64,000 nucleotides of DNA from an uncultured Candidatus Micrarchaeota archaeon (GCA_963714085.1 OY970229.1:1056001-1120000); one strand, 5' to 3'; positions 39,257 through 49,712 are shown, counted from the first letter of the stretch. The notes: a model not told the origin generated them from the sequence alone. Numbers and translations are program-made.

Positions 39257-39324
39257 ATCATCCAACCTCCCGTTTTTCTCTGGAAGCCAAAGTATAAAAA
39301 TGCTGGCTCGGCTAAATCGCATTC

Positions 39325-40197
39325 ATGCTCGAGGTGACATTCATAGGGACATCAGGCTCCATCCCCACTAGGGAGCGGGGCATGCCGGCGCTCGCGATAA
39401 AATACGAGTCCGAGCTCCTGCTCTTCGACTGCGGCGAAGGCACCCAGAGGCAGATGATGGCCTACAAGACCGGGTTCGGCTCCATCAGCGCCATATTCAT
39501 CTCCCACCCGCACCTCGACCACTATCTCGGGCTGTTCGGGCTTCTCGAGACGCTGAAGATGTCGTCGGCAGCGCCGAAGAAGCTCAAGGCGTTCCTACCG
39601 CCGGGGATTGTGGAGGCGTTCGCCGGCCGCTATCCGTTCTTGGAGGCGGTGAAGATAAAGAAAGGCAGGCTCTACCAGGGCAGGGGGTTCTCGGTGTCCG
39701 CGTTCCCTGTGGAGCACTGCAAGGGCTCGTTCGGCTTCGTGTTCGAGGAGGAGCCCAGGCTCAAGTTCCATGAGCAGAAGGCGAAGTCGCTCGGCTTGAA
39801 AGGGAGGATGTTCACCGAGATCCAGGACAAGGGCGCGCTCACGGTGCTGGGGAAGAAGATCTCGCTGGCAGACGTCACCTGGAGCAACCCCGGAAGGAAG
39901 ATAGTCTATTCTGGAGACACCGCGTTCTCGGAAGCAGTGGTGGAGGCGGCCAAAGGCGCGGACCTCCTGGTCCACGAGGGCACGTTCGACGCCTCGAGGA
40001 AAGCGGAGGCGCAGGAGCGGAAGCATTCCACGGTTGAGGACGCAGCCAGGGCCGCCAAGCAGGCCGGCGCCAAGAGGCTGGTAATAATACATATAAGCCC
40101 CAGGTACTCGGATGTCATCAAATCGCTTCTCGAAGCTTCGACGAAGATTTTCAAGAATACGACAATCGCAGACGACGGCATGAAACTCCGGCTCTGA
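39325..40197 (+). CDS. rnz: Ribonuclease Z
   Basis: DCGEGTQRQ, HPHLDH, YSGDT, HEGT, HST, HISPRY. Confidence 0.95.
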   Translation: MLEVTFIGTSGSIPTRERGMPALAIKYESELLLFDCGEGTQRQMMAYKTGFGSISAIFISHPHLDHYLGLFGLLETLKMSSAAPKKLKAFLPPGIVEAFAGRYPFLEAVKIKKGRLYQGRGFSVSAFPVEHCKGSFGFVFEEEPRLKFHEQKAKSLGLKGRMFTEIQDKGALTVLGKKISLADVTWSNPGRKIVYSGDTAFSEAVVEAAKGADLLVHEGTFDASRKAEAQERKHSTVEDAARAAKQAGAKRLVIIHISPRYSDVIKSLLEASTKIFKNTTIADDGMKLRL

Positions 40198-40313
40198 ACG
40201 TGGTAAAAATGACTGGGAACGTCTGGAATACGTTTATCTACGTACCATACATACGGCTTTTGTCTTGTTTGGATTTTCTATTTATAAATCGCAGTTTAGG
40301 TGAATAGAAAATC

Positions 40314-40321
40314 TTTATAAA
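40314..40321 (+). promoter_or_regulatory. TATA box of S-layer gene (long 5' UTR follows)
   Basis: GAAAATC-TTTATAAA (BRE-TATA-like) about 175 nt upstream of the ATG. Confidence 0.6.
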
Positions 40322-40493
40322 GGTTTTGTAAGTCATCATCTCAGTCCACTGGAGGGCTTACCTTAGCTCTTCAGCACCGGGGAAACCCGGATATTTTGGG
40401 CCGCACCCGTGAACGTGTCATGGGACAGGATCCCGCCGCTAACAATTGTTTTCTGCGGCTCATTTGGCGGGCAAGCAAAAACGAGGTGAAGAA

Positions 40494-43292
40494 ATGAAAG
40501 TGAATCTGAAGAAAATCGGAGCAATCGTCGCAGGTGCGGCGATATTGGCCAGCTCCGTCAGTTTTGCCGGGCTCATGTTCGGCTCAACGACGCTGGTCGA
40601 TAGCAACGGCGCTCCAGTAGTGAAAGTAGTAGTTGGAGCGAACGCAGCGGCCTCGGATGGCGTGGCGGCAGCGCTTATCGCGTCGAAGATCGCGAGCGCG
40701 GCCTACTCGACCAGCACCCTGACCGCGGCAGTGAGCGGAACCGCGAACTGCGGTGGCAGCATGTCGAACGGCACGGCCACCACGGGCGCAGGCAGCTGCA
40801 CGGTGAGCGACCAGACAGCGACACTGGCAATTACAGTGCCGGGATCGGTCACATCGGGCACCTATACAATAAACAACCTGATCGGAGACTACCTCAACAG
40901 GGAGCTTGACGACAGGGACCTTGGGCAGACGAACTACAGCCTTGGTTCGGACACCGCAGACGATGCGAACCCGTTCACCCTTGGCACGAACAGCGGCACC
41001 CTCGGTCCGACAGACACGAACCTGTTCAGGATCAGCGGTGACATGTTCTCTCCGTTCGCCACCTCTACGGTAACCGACCAGGAAGCTGCGGTATCGTATG
41101 TCGAGCAGCAGGACATGTGGATCAGCGGTGACAACCACTACGAGGACACCCCCGACAACATAGTCGGCAAAGTCAACGACGTCGCCTACACCATAAAGTT
41201 CAAAGGCCAGAGCGACGACCTCGGTATCCCGGTGTGCACCACGCCGTCCAACGGCTCGAACTACGCGCAATGCGACTCGGACTACATGACCTCCACCCAC
41301 AAGATGGCAATAACATTCTTGGGTGACCAATGGGTTATCTCCGACATGTCGCCGCCGACGAGCTCGCTCACGACCGAGACCACGCTGGTTCCGGGTGGTG
41401 TGATAAAACTGGCGAAGGAATCCATTGCCGGAATCCTGAACCAGGGCCAGTCCCTCACTGCGAACGGCTTGCAGTTCAAGCTGGACGACCTCGAGGCCAT
41501 CTCTGGAAACATAGCGGCCATTGTGTCCGTGCTCGATGCCAACGGCAACGTGCAGGCTCAGGACACGATAGCAGCAGGCGAGACGAAGGAGTTCCAGATA
41601 AACGGCAACGACTACAGGTTCCACGTCTACAAGGTCGCACCTGGTTATACCTTCGGTGCGAAGTGGGCTGATGTCGCGGTTTATTCCCAGGAGCTGCAGT
41701 TGTCGAGCGGACAGAAGCTTGATCCGAACTACAACACCAACCCCTACTGGACCGTCTACCTCGGTTGGAAGAACGAGGGCGCCGCTACCAGCACCGACAC
41801 ACTGCCGGACCACCTGAGGACCATAGTCCTGTACGCCTCGGCCAGCAACATACAGCGGCTCAGCAGCGGAGGACAGAACTACCTCAGCCCAGGTGACTAC
41901 CTGCCGATTGTCCAGAACCCGGTTTCGTGGAAACTCACCTACTCGGGGCTTGACCTCGGTGGAAGCGACCGCGACGACTTGGCTTTCAACCTGGAAAGAT
42001 CGTCAGCCCTGACGTTGAGCGGGACCAACAACGGCCCGATCATCGACGCGACCAACGAGCAGTCGACCTGCACCCTTTACGCACCGTATGTCCACGTGAC
42101 ATCCGGAAGGACCGGTTCGGTGTTCTCCGTTACAAGCGCGTCTGGTGCCACATACAACGCCCCGTCCGAGTCCACGGCTGACGAATTCTACGTCGCCACG
42201 AGTGGAGCGAACTGCAGCACCGCGAACATGAACTTCACCCTGTCTCTGCCCCCGGGTTCGGTGTTCATCGCAGGTTCCACGTCTTCGGACGCATCTTGGA
42301 CCTACGAGAACTACAGCCCGCAGATGCAGGTGTTGACCCCGGTGATCGGCGATGGTGACCAGACCTGGAAGCTTGGAGGTGTGATCGAGTGGACCGCTTG
42401 GAACGCATCCGCGACCAACCCGGTGACTGGCGACCTCAACAACGCGAGCGCGTTCGGCAATGTCACTTCCGGCACGGTTCCGAGCTGGGTGTTCGGCGTA
42501 TCCGAGAAGGCTGGTACCGGAGTCTCCAACAACTTCGCAGACCAGTTCTTGTTCGGGCTCTACCTGAGCGGCTCTTCGCCCTCGACGTCTACCTTCAACA
42601 TCGACTCCTACAGGTCGGGTGGACAGCAGTTGACGAAGAACGATGTCGGCTATGTGACCGCGGGCCCGGTGGGCTCTGCAGGTGCCTTCGGGAACTACAA
42701 GGAAGGGTTCATCTCCGAGAGGGGATCTGAGTTCAACAGCATCTCAGACACCGGAGTGGACTTCGCCATGGCGAGCAAGCTTGGACACGCGCAGTGGGTT
42801 CTGGCCTCATCCGCGGCTGCGAATGAGACCCCGGGAACCACGGTGTGGACCGGCGGCATCGGCGACTCGACCAACGTCAACGGCGTGACAGTGCAGATAC
42901 AGGCAATCAACCAGACTGCCGTATGCTCTGCGACCGGTGGCGCGGCTTCGTGCTCAGCGGCGGACATGACGCCAGTGAGCGCAGTCATCGTGCAGAATGG
43001 CGCACAGGTGCCGTCTGCGACAACGATGGCGCCGTACGACTTCGCCAAGTACAGCCCGCTGGTCATCCTGGACCAGGATGCGGCCGGAGTCTCCACCGTG
43101 ATCTCAGTCGGTGGTGACGCAGTCAACACGGTGACCGCCAGCATACTGGCCGGGACCCCGAATGACTGGAACGCCAACCCGCAGATGGTGAAGGAAGTCG
43201 TGAAAGGCTCGAAGATCGTCGTCGCAGGCAAAGCCGCCTCTGACACGACCGCCGCAGCGAACACCTTCATCAGCGAGCTTACGTCGAACTGA
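40494..43292 (+). CDS. S-layer protein
   Basis: MKVNLKKIGAIVAG signal; VVVGANAAASDGVAAA and ISVGGDAVN..VVAG...DT.AAA terminal motifs of archaeal S-layer proteins; many N-glycosylation sequons; GAGGTGA SD. Confidence 0.92.
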   Translation: MKVNLKKIGAIVAGAAILASSVSFAGLMFGSTTLVDSNGAPVVKVVVGANAAASDGVAAALIASKIASAAYSTSTLTAAVSGTANCGGSMSNGTATTGAGSCTVSDQTATLAITVPGSVTSGTYTINNLIGDYLNRELDDRDLGQTNYSLGSDTADDANPFTLGTNSGTLGPTDTNLFRISGDMFSPFATSTVTDQEAAVSYVEQQDMWISGDNHYEDTPDNIVGKVNDVAYTIKFKGQSDDLGIPVCTTPSNGSNYAQCDSDYMTSTHKMAITFLGDQWVISDMSPPTSSLTTETTLVPGGVIKLAKESIAGILNQGQSLTANGLQFKLDDLEAISGNIAAIVSVLDANGNVQAQDTIAAGETKEFQINGNDYRFHVYKVAPGYTFGAKWADVAVYSQELQLSSGQKLDPNYNTNPYWTVYLGWKNEGAATSTDTLPDHLRTIVLYASASNIQRLSSGGQNYLSPGDYLPIVQNPVSWKLTYSGLDLGGSDRDDLAFNLERSSALTLSGTNNGPIIDATNEQSTCTLYAPYVHVTSGRTGSVFSVTSASGATYNAPSESTADEFYVATSGANCSTANMNFTLSLPPGSVFIAGSTSSDASWTYENYSPQMQVLTPVIGDGDQTWKLGGVIEWTAWNASATNPVTGDLNNASAFGNVTSGTVPSWVFGVSEKAGTGVSNNFADQFLFGLYLSGSSPSTSTFNIDSYRSGGQQLTKNDVGYVTAGPVGSAGAFGNYKEGFISERGSEFNSISDTGVDFAMASKLGHAQWVLASSAAANETPGTTVWTGGIGDSTNVNGVTVQIQAINQTAVCSATGGAASCSAADMTPVSAVIVQNGAQVPSATTMAPYDFAKYSPLVILDQDAAGVSTVISVGGDAVNTVTASILAGTPNDWNANPQMVKEVVKGSKIVVAGKAASDTTAAANTFISELTSN

Positions 43293-43318
43293 AGGTAGCA
43301 ATACCTTTCTTTTTTTTT
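43293..43318 (+). terminator. Hairpin plus oligo-T terminator after the S-layer gene
   Basis: AGGTA-GCAA-TACCT followed by a T-run. Confidence 0.7.
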
Positions 43319-43574
43319 ATTTTCCTCTTATTTTCCTCTTTCCTAATCCCCAGTCCAGCCTCTCCAGGCGCCAGCATGGCCCAGGCACCGTACCTAACCG
43401 CTTTTTTCGCGCTATCGGCCTATGCAGGGCTATCGCAGCCGGATATCCGCATAAAAAGGGGAGAAACATAAGATCGCTGGGCTGAACCGCGGGCGCGGGC
43501 GGACAGTATCCCTTATAAATACTCTGTTTCATATACTAATTACAACAAAATAACGCATCACACGAGGCGGCACC

Positions 43575-44108
43575 ATGACAACCAAGAGGCCAACTAGCGA
43601 GGTTCTTAAGGCGATACTCCCAGAACCATCCGCAGGAACCCCGCGCGGCTCCAAAAAGGCCAAACCGCGGCAAACGCCGGTGCGGGGCTTTAGAAATGCC
43701 GAACTGGCAGCGCCGGATGGGCAGCCCGCCCCGAAGCGCGATGGCATCCTCGCGTGGGCCAACACCCTGCCTTCCGAGGCTGACATCAGGAAGCGCGACG
43801 CTATGCTCCACTGGGCCAACACCCTCCTTTTCGAGGCTGTCGCAAGAAGGAACATACCCGGTATCGAATCTGCGCTGGAGCGGGGAGCCGATATAAATGC
43901 GAGGGATAAACTGGGGAGGACGCCGCTGATGCACGCCGCATTCGATATGAACCAAAAAATAGAAAGGTTCCTGATAAGGAAGGGGGCGAGCAGCCTGCTG
44001 CAGGATATCGATGGCCACACTGCCGATTTCATGGCGATCAGGGCACGTATTCTGAAGGGAATCAAACCGTCGAATGCGTCTGAAGATGCTCACGTGTTTT
44101 CTGAGTGA
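43575..44108 (+). CDS. Ankyrin-repeat protein with disordered N-terminus
   Basis: ERGADINARDKLGRTPLMHAA...LIRKGA...QDIDGHTA. Confidence 0.85.
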   Translation: MTTKRPTSEVLKAILPEPSAGTPRGSKKAKPRQTPVRGFRNAELAAPDGQPAPKRDGILAWANTLPSEADIRKRDAMLHWANTLLFEAVARRNIPGIESALERGADINARDKLGRTPLMHAAFDMNQKIERFLIRKGASSLLQDIDGHTADFMAIRARILKGIKPSNASEDAHVFSE

Positions 44109-44113
44109 TTTGC

Positions 44114-45526
44114 ATGACAAGAACCCTCTCACATCCAAGGATGGTCGCAGCGGCAAGCGCCGCAGCCGTAGCCTCGTCGCTTTTCTTATCAAGGCCGGTG
44201 CTTGCGGAAGACCAATGCCGCTCCAGCGTAGTGGGGAAGGCGGCGCCGAGGGCCAACGAGGTCAAATACACGGACAGGCTCGAGTCGGTCACGCTTTTCG
44301 TGGACACCGATAAGGCAGACCAGTCCCTCGCGATAACCGTGCCGGGAGAGGTCGTGGCTCGCGCGAAAGACAGCGCAGGCGTGTCGGAATTGCTCCTTGC
44401 GAATGAGAAAGTCGCGATTAAGAGGTATCTTGAAGGAAAAACCTCCTCAGAGTGGGAGTGCGTAACGCTGCCTGCGAAAGCGGAGGCATACGCTCCGGTC
44501 CCGGAGACGCCGGCTCCAGCAGCTGCCGGTTGGACCATTAACGTCCCGGTCAAACCTCCTGCGGCGCCGCAGCCAGCCGAGACGACCAAGCCGCCGGCTC
44601 CAAAGCTTAGCGAGGCGGAAGAGGCAGCCGAAAGAGCGGTTACCTCCTCCGTAGGCGTTGCTCAAGACGAAATTGCATCGTCTGCAAAAGACAATGGTTT
44701 CGCAGACAAATCGCTGGCCCGTGGCAAGCTGAAAGATAAGGCGCTGGATAAAGTCAGGGGAGCGGTTCAAAGAAGGGAAAACGCCGTCCTCCGCGCAATG
44801 TACCCGGTCATGGACCAGCATATCATAATGCCGGCCTACAGGCACTGGAAAGCCGCGCACAATATGCTCGCAAAAGAAACGGTTTCCAAGGATGAGCTGA
44901 GCGCGGCTAACGACCATCTCAAGGCTGCGGAAAAAGAGCTGGAGCCGGACAGCCTGAAGCGGCGCCCCGAGAAGCGGCAGGCCGACAAGGAGGATGGCGA
45001 CGCTAGAGACGATATACGAACCACATATGACGAGCGCGGGAAGAAAGAGAGAGCAGACAAGCTGACTGCAGAATTAACCCGGGTGAAAAAATACGTCGAG
45101 GCCGTGTACGCAAAATACCCGAAGAGCGAGCAGGCCAAGAGCGATAAATCGGAACTGCTAAAAGAACCGGACCCCCAGAAGATGGAGCGAAAAGCAAAAA
45201 AGAGGGAGATTGTAGCCTCGAAAAAATCGTACACCGCGAAAGGCGAGGGTGATTCCATCGCTGACGAAGAGGCGCTTGCCGAGGCGATAACCAAAGTTCA
45301 TGACCGTCTATTGACGCGGGATAATGATCTAAAGTTCAATTGTGCCATAGACGCCCAGATAAAAGTCAATAGGAACGGCCACGCCGCGGAAGTAACCTTC
45401 CTCAAAGGCCCGACTGGCTATCTTGGCAACGAGGACTTCCTTCAGCAACTGGCCAACATCATCGGCAGAATGGACGAGCCCGGGAAGGCGAACACGACGT
45501 ATACACGGCCATTAACGTTTTTCTGA
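44114..45526 (+). CDS. Exported hypothetical protein (Pro-rich linker, helical middle, TonB-C/AgmX-like C-terminus)
   Basis: Signal peptide ending VLA-E; PAAPQP linker; C-terminal IKVNRNGHAAEV...YTRPLTFF. Confidence 0.65.
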   Translation: MTRTLSHPRMVAAASAAAVASSLFLSRPVLAEDQCRSSVVGKAAPRANEVKYTDRLESVTLFVDTDKADQSLAITVPGEVVARAKDSAGVSELLLANEKVAIKRYLEGKTSSEWECVTLPAKAEAYAPVPETPAPAAAGWTINVPVKPPAAPQPAETTKPPAPKLSEAEEAAERAVTSSVGVAQDEIASSAKDNGFADKSLARGKLKDKALDKVRGAVQRRENAVLRAMYPVMDQHIIMPAYRHWKAAHNMLAKETVSKDELSAANDHLKAAEKELEPDSLKRRPEKRQADKEDGDARDDIRTTYDERGKKERADKLTAELTRVKKYVEAVYAKYPKSEQAKSDKSELLKEPDPQKMERKAKKREIVASKKSYTAKGEGDSIADEEALAEAITKVHDRLLTRDNDLKFNCAIDAQIKVNRNGHAAEVTFLKGPTGYLGNEDFLQQLANIIGRMDEPGKANTTYTRPLTFF

Positions 45527-45572
45527 CTCTTTTTTCCGATACTATTTTTAATCACCGAGAGGAAACCACGAT

Positions 45573-46319
45573 ATGCGATGCTCACGTTGCGGCTCCGAAG
45601 GCGAGGTACAATACGCGTCCGACGGGCTCGCCTATTGCAACTCCTGCTTATTCTATGGCATGAACAAGCAGTGCTACAGGTGCAGGATGTACCTGCCGGC
45701 CACCGAGCTCCAGCAGTACAAGGGCCAGCTGATGTGCCCGTATTGCCTCAACGATTCGCGCGATGAGGACCGCAGGGCTGAGGAACGCAGCGTGGAGGGG
45801 GCTGAAAGGGCGACGGGATACCTCTCGGGCGAGCACTGCGACCGGTGCGGCCGCGAGCTCTCAACGGTCTATTACTACGGGGGCAGGAAGCTGTGCGAGG
45901 ACTGCCTCGACGACGCCAAGCGCGAATGGAAGGAAACCGGAGGCGAGAAGCCGCCGCTCCCGCCATACCGCATCACTGAGAAGGCGGCCGCGGAGGGGTC
46001 CAGGCGCTCGTTCATCGAGCGGCTCGTCTCCGAGATATTGATCCTGCTCCGGCTCAGGAAACGGAGACAGGAGCCGGAGATCGTGGCACTCGAGAAGCCC
46101 GTGGCCGCGCCCAAAGAGGAAATCTCATTAGGCCAGGAAATAGTCAAGGAGCAACCCGGGTCTGAGATCATGACCGAAGGCCTGCAGAGCAAGCAGAAGA
46201 GGAAACGGAAGAAGGCGCAGGACGTCAGCTTCTCATCTTACGTGCCCCAGGAAAAGACGGAAAAAGCAGAGAAGAAAAAAGACAAAAAGAAGGGTTTCGG
46301 CGGATTGAAGGAAGACTGA
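45573..46319 (+). CDS. Multi-zinc-finger protein with charged tail
   Basis: Six CxxC pairs (three treble-clef-like units). Confidence 0.75.
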   Translation: MRCSRCGSEGEVQYASDGLAYCNSCLFYGMNKQCYRCRMYLPATELQQYKGQLMCPYCLNDSRDEDRRAEERSVEGAERATGYLSGEHCDRCGRELSTVYYYGGRKLCEDCLDDAKREWKETGGEKPPLPPYRITEKAAAEGSRRSFIERLVSEILILLRLRKRRQEPEIVALEKPVAAPKEEISLGQEIVKEQPGSEIMTEGLQSKQKRKRKKAQDVSFSSYVPQEKTEKAEKKKDKKKGFGGLKED

Positions 46320-46320
46320 T

Positions 46321-48414
46321 TCACCATCTCGTTTTTAGCGGCGGCCTTGGTGGCTGCCCACCTGTTTTTTGCTGTCCTGGTTCTGATGTCTGCCCCCCTG
46401 GTCTCCAGCGTCTTTGTGGGAATTCCTTCTCTTTAACATGCAGTCTGCTTACTGTACCCGCTAAGTTCATACTCCCTGCATTCGGGTCAGGGCTTCCCAG
46501 GTCGCGGTGCACTATGCGCTCCCTGCCTTGCATTCTGACGACGCCCATCCGTCTAAGTGCCTGGTCGATCTCTTCAGGTGTCCGTCTCTCCACCGGCTTC
46601 GATTTCTCCGGCCCCTTTGCTTCGGTTGCCGCAGTAGCCGGCATCCCGATCTGGATCGCAGCGACATCGCGCCGCTCGAGTTCTGCGCATATCTGCCCCA
46701 ATCCAGGGTAATCCCGTATCTGTGCGACAAGTTCCGGGTCCCCTCTTATCGTAATCTGCGTTTCTGCCGGCTGGGGCTGGAAAACGCGACCGGTTCCGTC
46801 TCTTGACTTATTCGGGACGTTAAAGCTCGCGACAAGCACCTGCTCATCAACAACCGCCCTGATGGTCAGCATGTCGCTAAGGCATACATTTCTTCGTTCC
46901 ACGCCTTGCCAAGTGGCTTTTCCTTCAAATATGGTGCCAAGCAGTATCGAGAGGTCCCCCTCAGCTGTCTTCGTTACTGCTCCTACCAGCTCCCCGAGAG
47001 GCTGGCGTATCCGCCTGCCGAGCCTTATTTCGCATTCCGAAACAAACGGGTTTACGGAGTCCGCATCCGCGATTCCCGAAACATTGCGCGTCTTCAACTG
47101 GGTGCAGATGCCGGGAAAATCCTTATGGCCGGTTATTCTTGAGACAGCGGCTTGGGGCCCGCTTATCGTGATGACATGCCTCGCCCTCAGCTCTGCCTCC
47201 GGGCACCCTTTCGCAAGGCTGCAATGCTGCGTACTAAAGACCACGACCGCGCTCTCGTCGCCGCCAACCGGGACGATTGCGGATGTCTTCGTATTATAGT
47301 CATATCTCCCCAGCGACACGGTCTCGGACGACAGCTTCAGCCTGCGCAGGACGTCATTCCCGAGCGTTCCGGCCAGCAGCACCGCAACGTCCCCCTGGCT
47401 GTGCAGGCAATCCATTGATTTTCCTGCAGCGTTTTGCAGCCGCAGCACAGGCTGGAACACATCTCTGTTCGCAAGCGTTATGGATTCGAGGACAACCTCG
47501 GATTGTTTTGCCTGCGCTGGACCCTTTAACAGTCCGTGTATCCTTCGGAATTCGGATTCAGGAGGAAGAGCCCGCTTATCTCCTATTACCGTGATTTCAT
47601 CCCTTCCTTTGCCTGATTCGATTTCCTGTACCACACTTCTTGGCACCACGAACCAAATCTCCGCTGAATCCGCTATACCCCCTAAGTACGGGTGCACCCT
47701 TACCATCGCCATTTGACCAGACTCTGTGCAAGCCCCAAGAGTCACCAGTCCGTTGCAAGTGCCACGTGGGAACAGGTTGTTCGCAACAAGCAGGATATCC
47801 CCAGGCTTGCTGATTCTGCCCCCGCTACCGAGAATAAACATCTCCTGGTCTACTCTTCTGCCCAGGGGCATCACGTATTTCCGACGGCCATTGCTTAAGT
47901 CCTCAAACATCAAATCAAGATTCGCTTCCACGGTTCCACTCCCGCGCGCCGCGCTCCTCCTCAGCAGATTTTCCACCGCGACCGGAATGCTGCCGTCTTC
48001 TACCATATCGTTGACTAGGACGCGGTTCCCCGCAATCCTGATGATCCGCCTGGCTTTTTCGTCTTCTCCCCCCGGACTTTGCATCACTCCGGCTTTTGGT
48101 GCTTCGAATTTTACGTAAAACCAATCGCCATATGCATCCAGTTCCACTATTATCTCTACGTTCGATTGGCTTGCTGCCCCTCCTGTCGCGTTGTTCCTGA
48201 CCGGCGTGCCCGTGCTTATGGATTCGGTTCCCAGCGCTCCGGGGAACAACTCCATTATAAGCGATACGACATCGCCGGACCTGTCCAGCCTGAATCTGTC
48301 CGGGCCTGACCCAAATTGGCCATTTACGCTCTGGAACACCGCGCTGTCCAGAGTTATGGCGCATTCCGCAGTTGATCCAAAATCAGTCACTCGATAACGA
48401 TTAGTAATGTCCAT
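46321..48414 (-). CDS. Hypothetical protein with four diverged internal repeats
   Basis: 697-aa ORF, AT-richer than core; recurring I.L...V.Q...GD...L and I.I.G motifs. Confidence 0.7.
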   Translation of the reverse strand: MDITNRYRVTDFGSTAECAITLDSAVFQSVNGQFGSGPDRFRLDRSGDVVSLIMELFPGALGTESISTGTPVRNNATGGAASQSNVEIIVELDAYGDWFYVKFEAPKAGVMQSPGGEDEKARRIIRIAGNRVLVNDMVEDGSIPVAVENLLRRSAARGSGTVEANLDLMFEDLSNGRRKYVMPLGRRVDQEMFILGSGGRISKPGDILLVANNLFPRGTCNGLVTLGACTESGQMAMVRVHPYLGGIADSAEIWFVVPRSVVQEIESGKGRDEITVIGDKRALPPESEFRRIHGLLKGPAQAKQSEVVLESITLANRDVFQPVLRLQNAAGKSMDCLHSQGDVAVLLAGTLGNDVLRRLKLSSETVSLGRYDYNTKTSAIVPVGGDESAVVVFSTQHCSLAKGCPEAELRARHVITISGPQAAVSRITGHKDFPGICTQLKTRNVSGIADADSVNPFVSECEIRLGRRIRQPLGELVGAVTKTAEGDLSILLGTIFEGKATWQGVERRNVCLSDMLTIRAVVDEQVLVASFNVPNKSRDGTGRVFQPQPAETQITIRGDPELVAQIRDYPGLGQICAELERRDVAAIQIGMPATAATEAKGPEKSKPVERRTPEEIDQALRRMGVVRMQGRERIVHRDLGSPDPNAGSMNLAGTVSRLHVKEKEFPQRRWRPGGQTSEPGQQKTGGQPPRPPLKTRW

Positions 48415-48681
48415 GATTTTATCTTATTGGGAACCATTTAAATTTGTTGTTGTTTCTCTATGTTCATCATCTCGTCGGCAACGATTACTAGCGCACGCCC
48501 GAACCAATCGCGCGTTTCGCATCGCCCGAGCGCCGAACGCACGTGCACTCGAACGTGCGGACGCAGATGGATTTTTTGTTCCGCATTTTTTCGCTTTGCG
48601 TTTTTAGTTTCGTGTTTTTTTGTTTTCGCAAATCCCGCCAACAGTTAAAAACCCCTGCCTGCAAAACCGTCTTTTGGGAGA

Positions 48682-49203
48682 ATGATGCTGAACTACGTCA
48701 TGCTGCGGGACATACAGAAGAAGGAGTCCGAGTCCGCAGCGGTAGTGCGCCTCGAGCCGGAGTTCTACGAGGAAGCGGCCAAGCTCATAGCCGACCGGAA
48801 GCGGGTGGCTCTCGATTCCGGTTCCATCCTGGCCATAAAGGAGTACGAGAACGCCAGGAAAATAGTCGCGGCCATCCAGATGAAGCGCGAGGAGAAGATC
48901 GTGCTCATGGCCGTGCGCGGGGAGAAGGATTCGCCTGGCCTCACCAAGGAGGAAGCCGGCCTGCTGGGCGAGTTGTCGGACAGGATAACCTCCTCCAGGT
49001 CGAAGGTGTCCGACATCTGGAACGGCGGCAGGGAGGCAGGTTCGGCCCCTAGCACGCGGAAAGTAAGGATATTAAAGGACATCGAAGCATATAGCGGCAT
49101 CGACAAGGCGGTCTACGGGCCCTTCCGGACCGGCGAGGAGCGCATCCTGCCGGTGTCCGAGGCTGACTGGCTGCTCAAATCCAGGCTGGCGGAGCTCCTC
49201 TGA
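48682..49203 (+). CDS. GINS complex subunit (Gins51/15)
   Basis: L..EFY, KREEKI, LTKEE, YGPF..GE...LP.SEA..L; precedes L44e as in the conserved archaeal cluster. Confidence 0.85.
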   Translation: MMLNYVMLRDIQKKESESAAVVRLEPEFYEEAAKLIADRKRVALDSGSILAIKEYENARKIVAAIQMKREEKIVLMAVRGEKDSPGLTKEEAGLLGELSDRITSSRSKVSDIWNGGREAGSAPSTRKVRILKDIEAYSGIDKAVYGPFRTGEERILPVSEADWLLKSRLAELL

Positions 49204-49256
49204 AAGCCCCGTCCGGCCATGTGACTGATTTAGCGAAAAAAAGAGAGGTTGAGAAG

Positions 49257-49535
49257 ATGAAATTCCCGAAGGAAACAAGGACATACTGCCCATACTGCAA
49301 GTCGCACCAGGCCCACAAGGTTAGGCTGGTCAGCAAAGGCAGGGCCAGGACCATGGCCGCGGGCAACCGCGCCCACGAGAGGAGCCTGCTCGGCCACGGC
49401 GGTAAGGTCGCAGGCGAGAAGACGGTTAAGAAGCAGGGCAAGAGGCAGGTGCTGATGCTGGAGTGCTCAAAGTGCAAGAAGAAGCACCAGCGCACGGTCG
49501 GCACCAGGACCAAGAAGAAGATCGAGCTCAAGTGA
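49257..49535 (+). CDS. rpl44e: 50S ribosomal protein L44e
   Basis: MKFPK..RTYCPYCKSH, LECSKC. Confidence 0.95.
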   Translation: MKFPKETRTYCPYCKSHQAHKVRLVSKGRARTMAAGNRAHERSLLGHGGKVAGEKTVKKQGKRQVLMLECSKCKKKHQRTVGTRTKKKIELK

Positions 49536-49546
49536 GGTGTTGGTGA

Positions 49547-49711
49547 ATGGCAGGCAAGTTCTTTCTCGTGAAATGCAAATGCGGAAATGAGCAGAAGGTG
49601 TTCTCGCACACGACCTCGGTGGTCAACTGCGCCAAATGCAGCGAGCCCATCGCGCATCCTAGCGGCGGCGAGGCGATCATACACGGGGACATAGTGAAGG
49701 AGTTGGGATGA
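49547..49711 (+). CDS. rps27e: 30S ribosomal protein S27e
   Basis: MAGKFFLVKCKCGNEQKVFSH...CAKC...PSGG (below the ORF-track cutoff). Confidence 0.93.
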   Translation: MAGKFFLVKCKCGNEQKVFSHTTSVVNCAKCSEPIAHPSGGEAIIHGDIVKELG

Positions 49712-49712
49712 A

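Noticed and set aside
48415..48681. T-rich intergenic tract next to GINS as a possible replication origin, and its 67-aa minus ORF
   Set aside because: No ORB repeats or cdc6/orc1 nearby; the ORF looks like a product of the T-tracts
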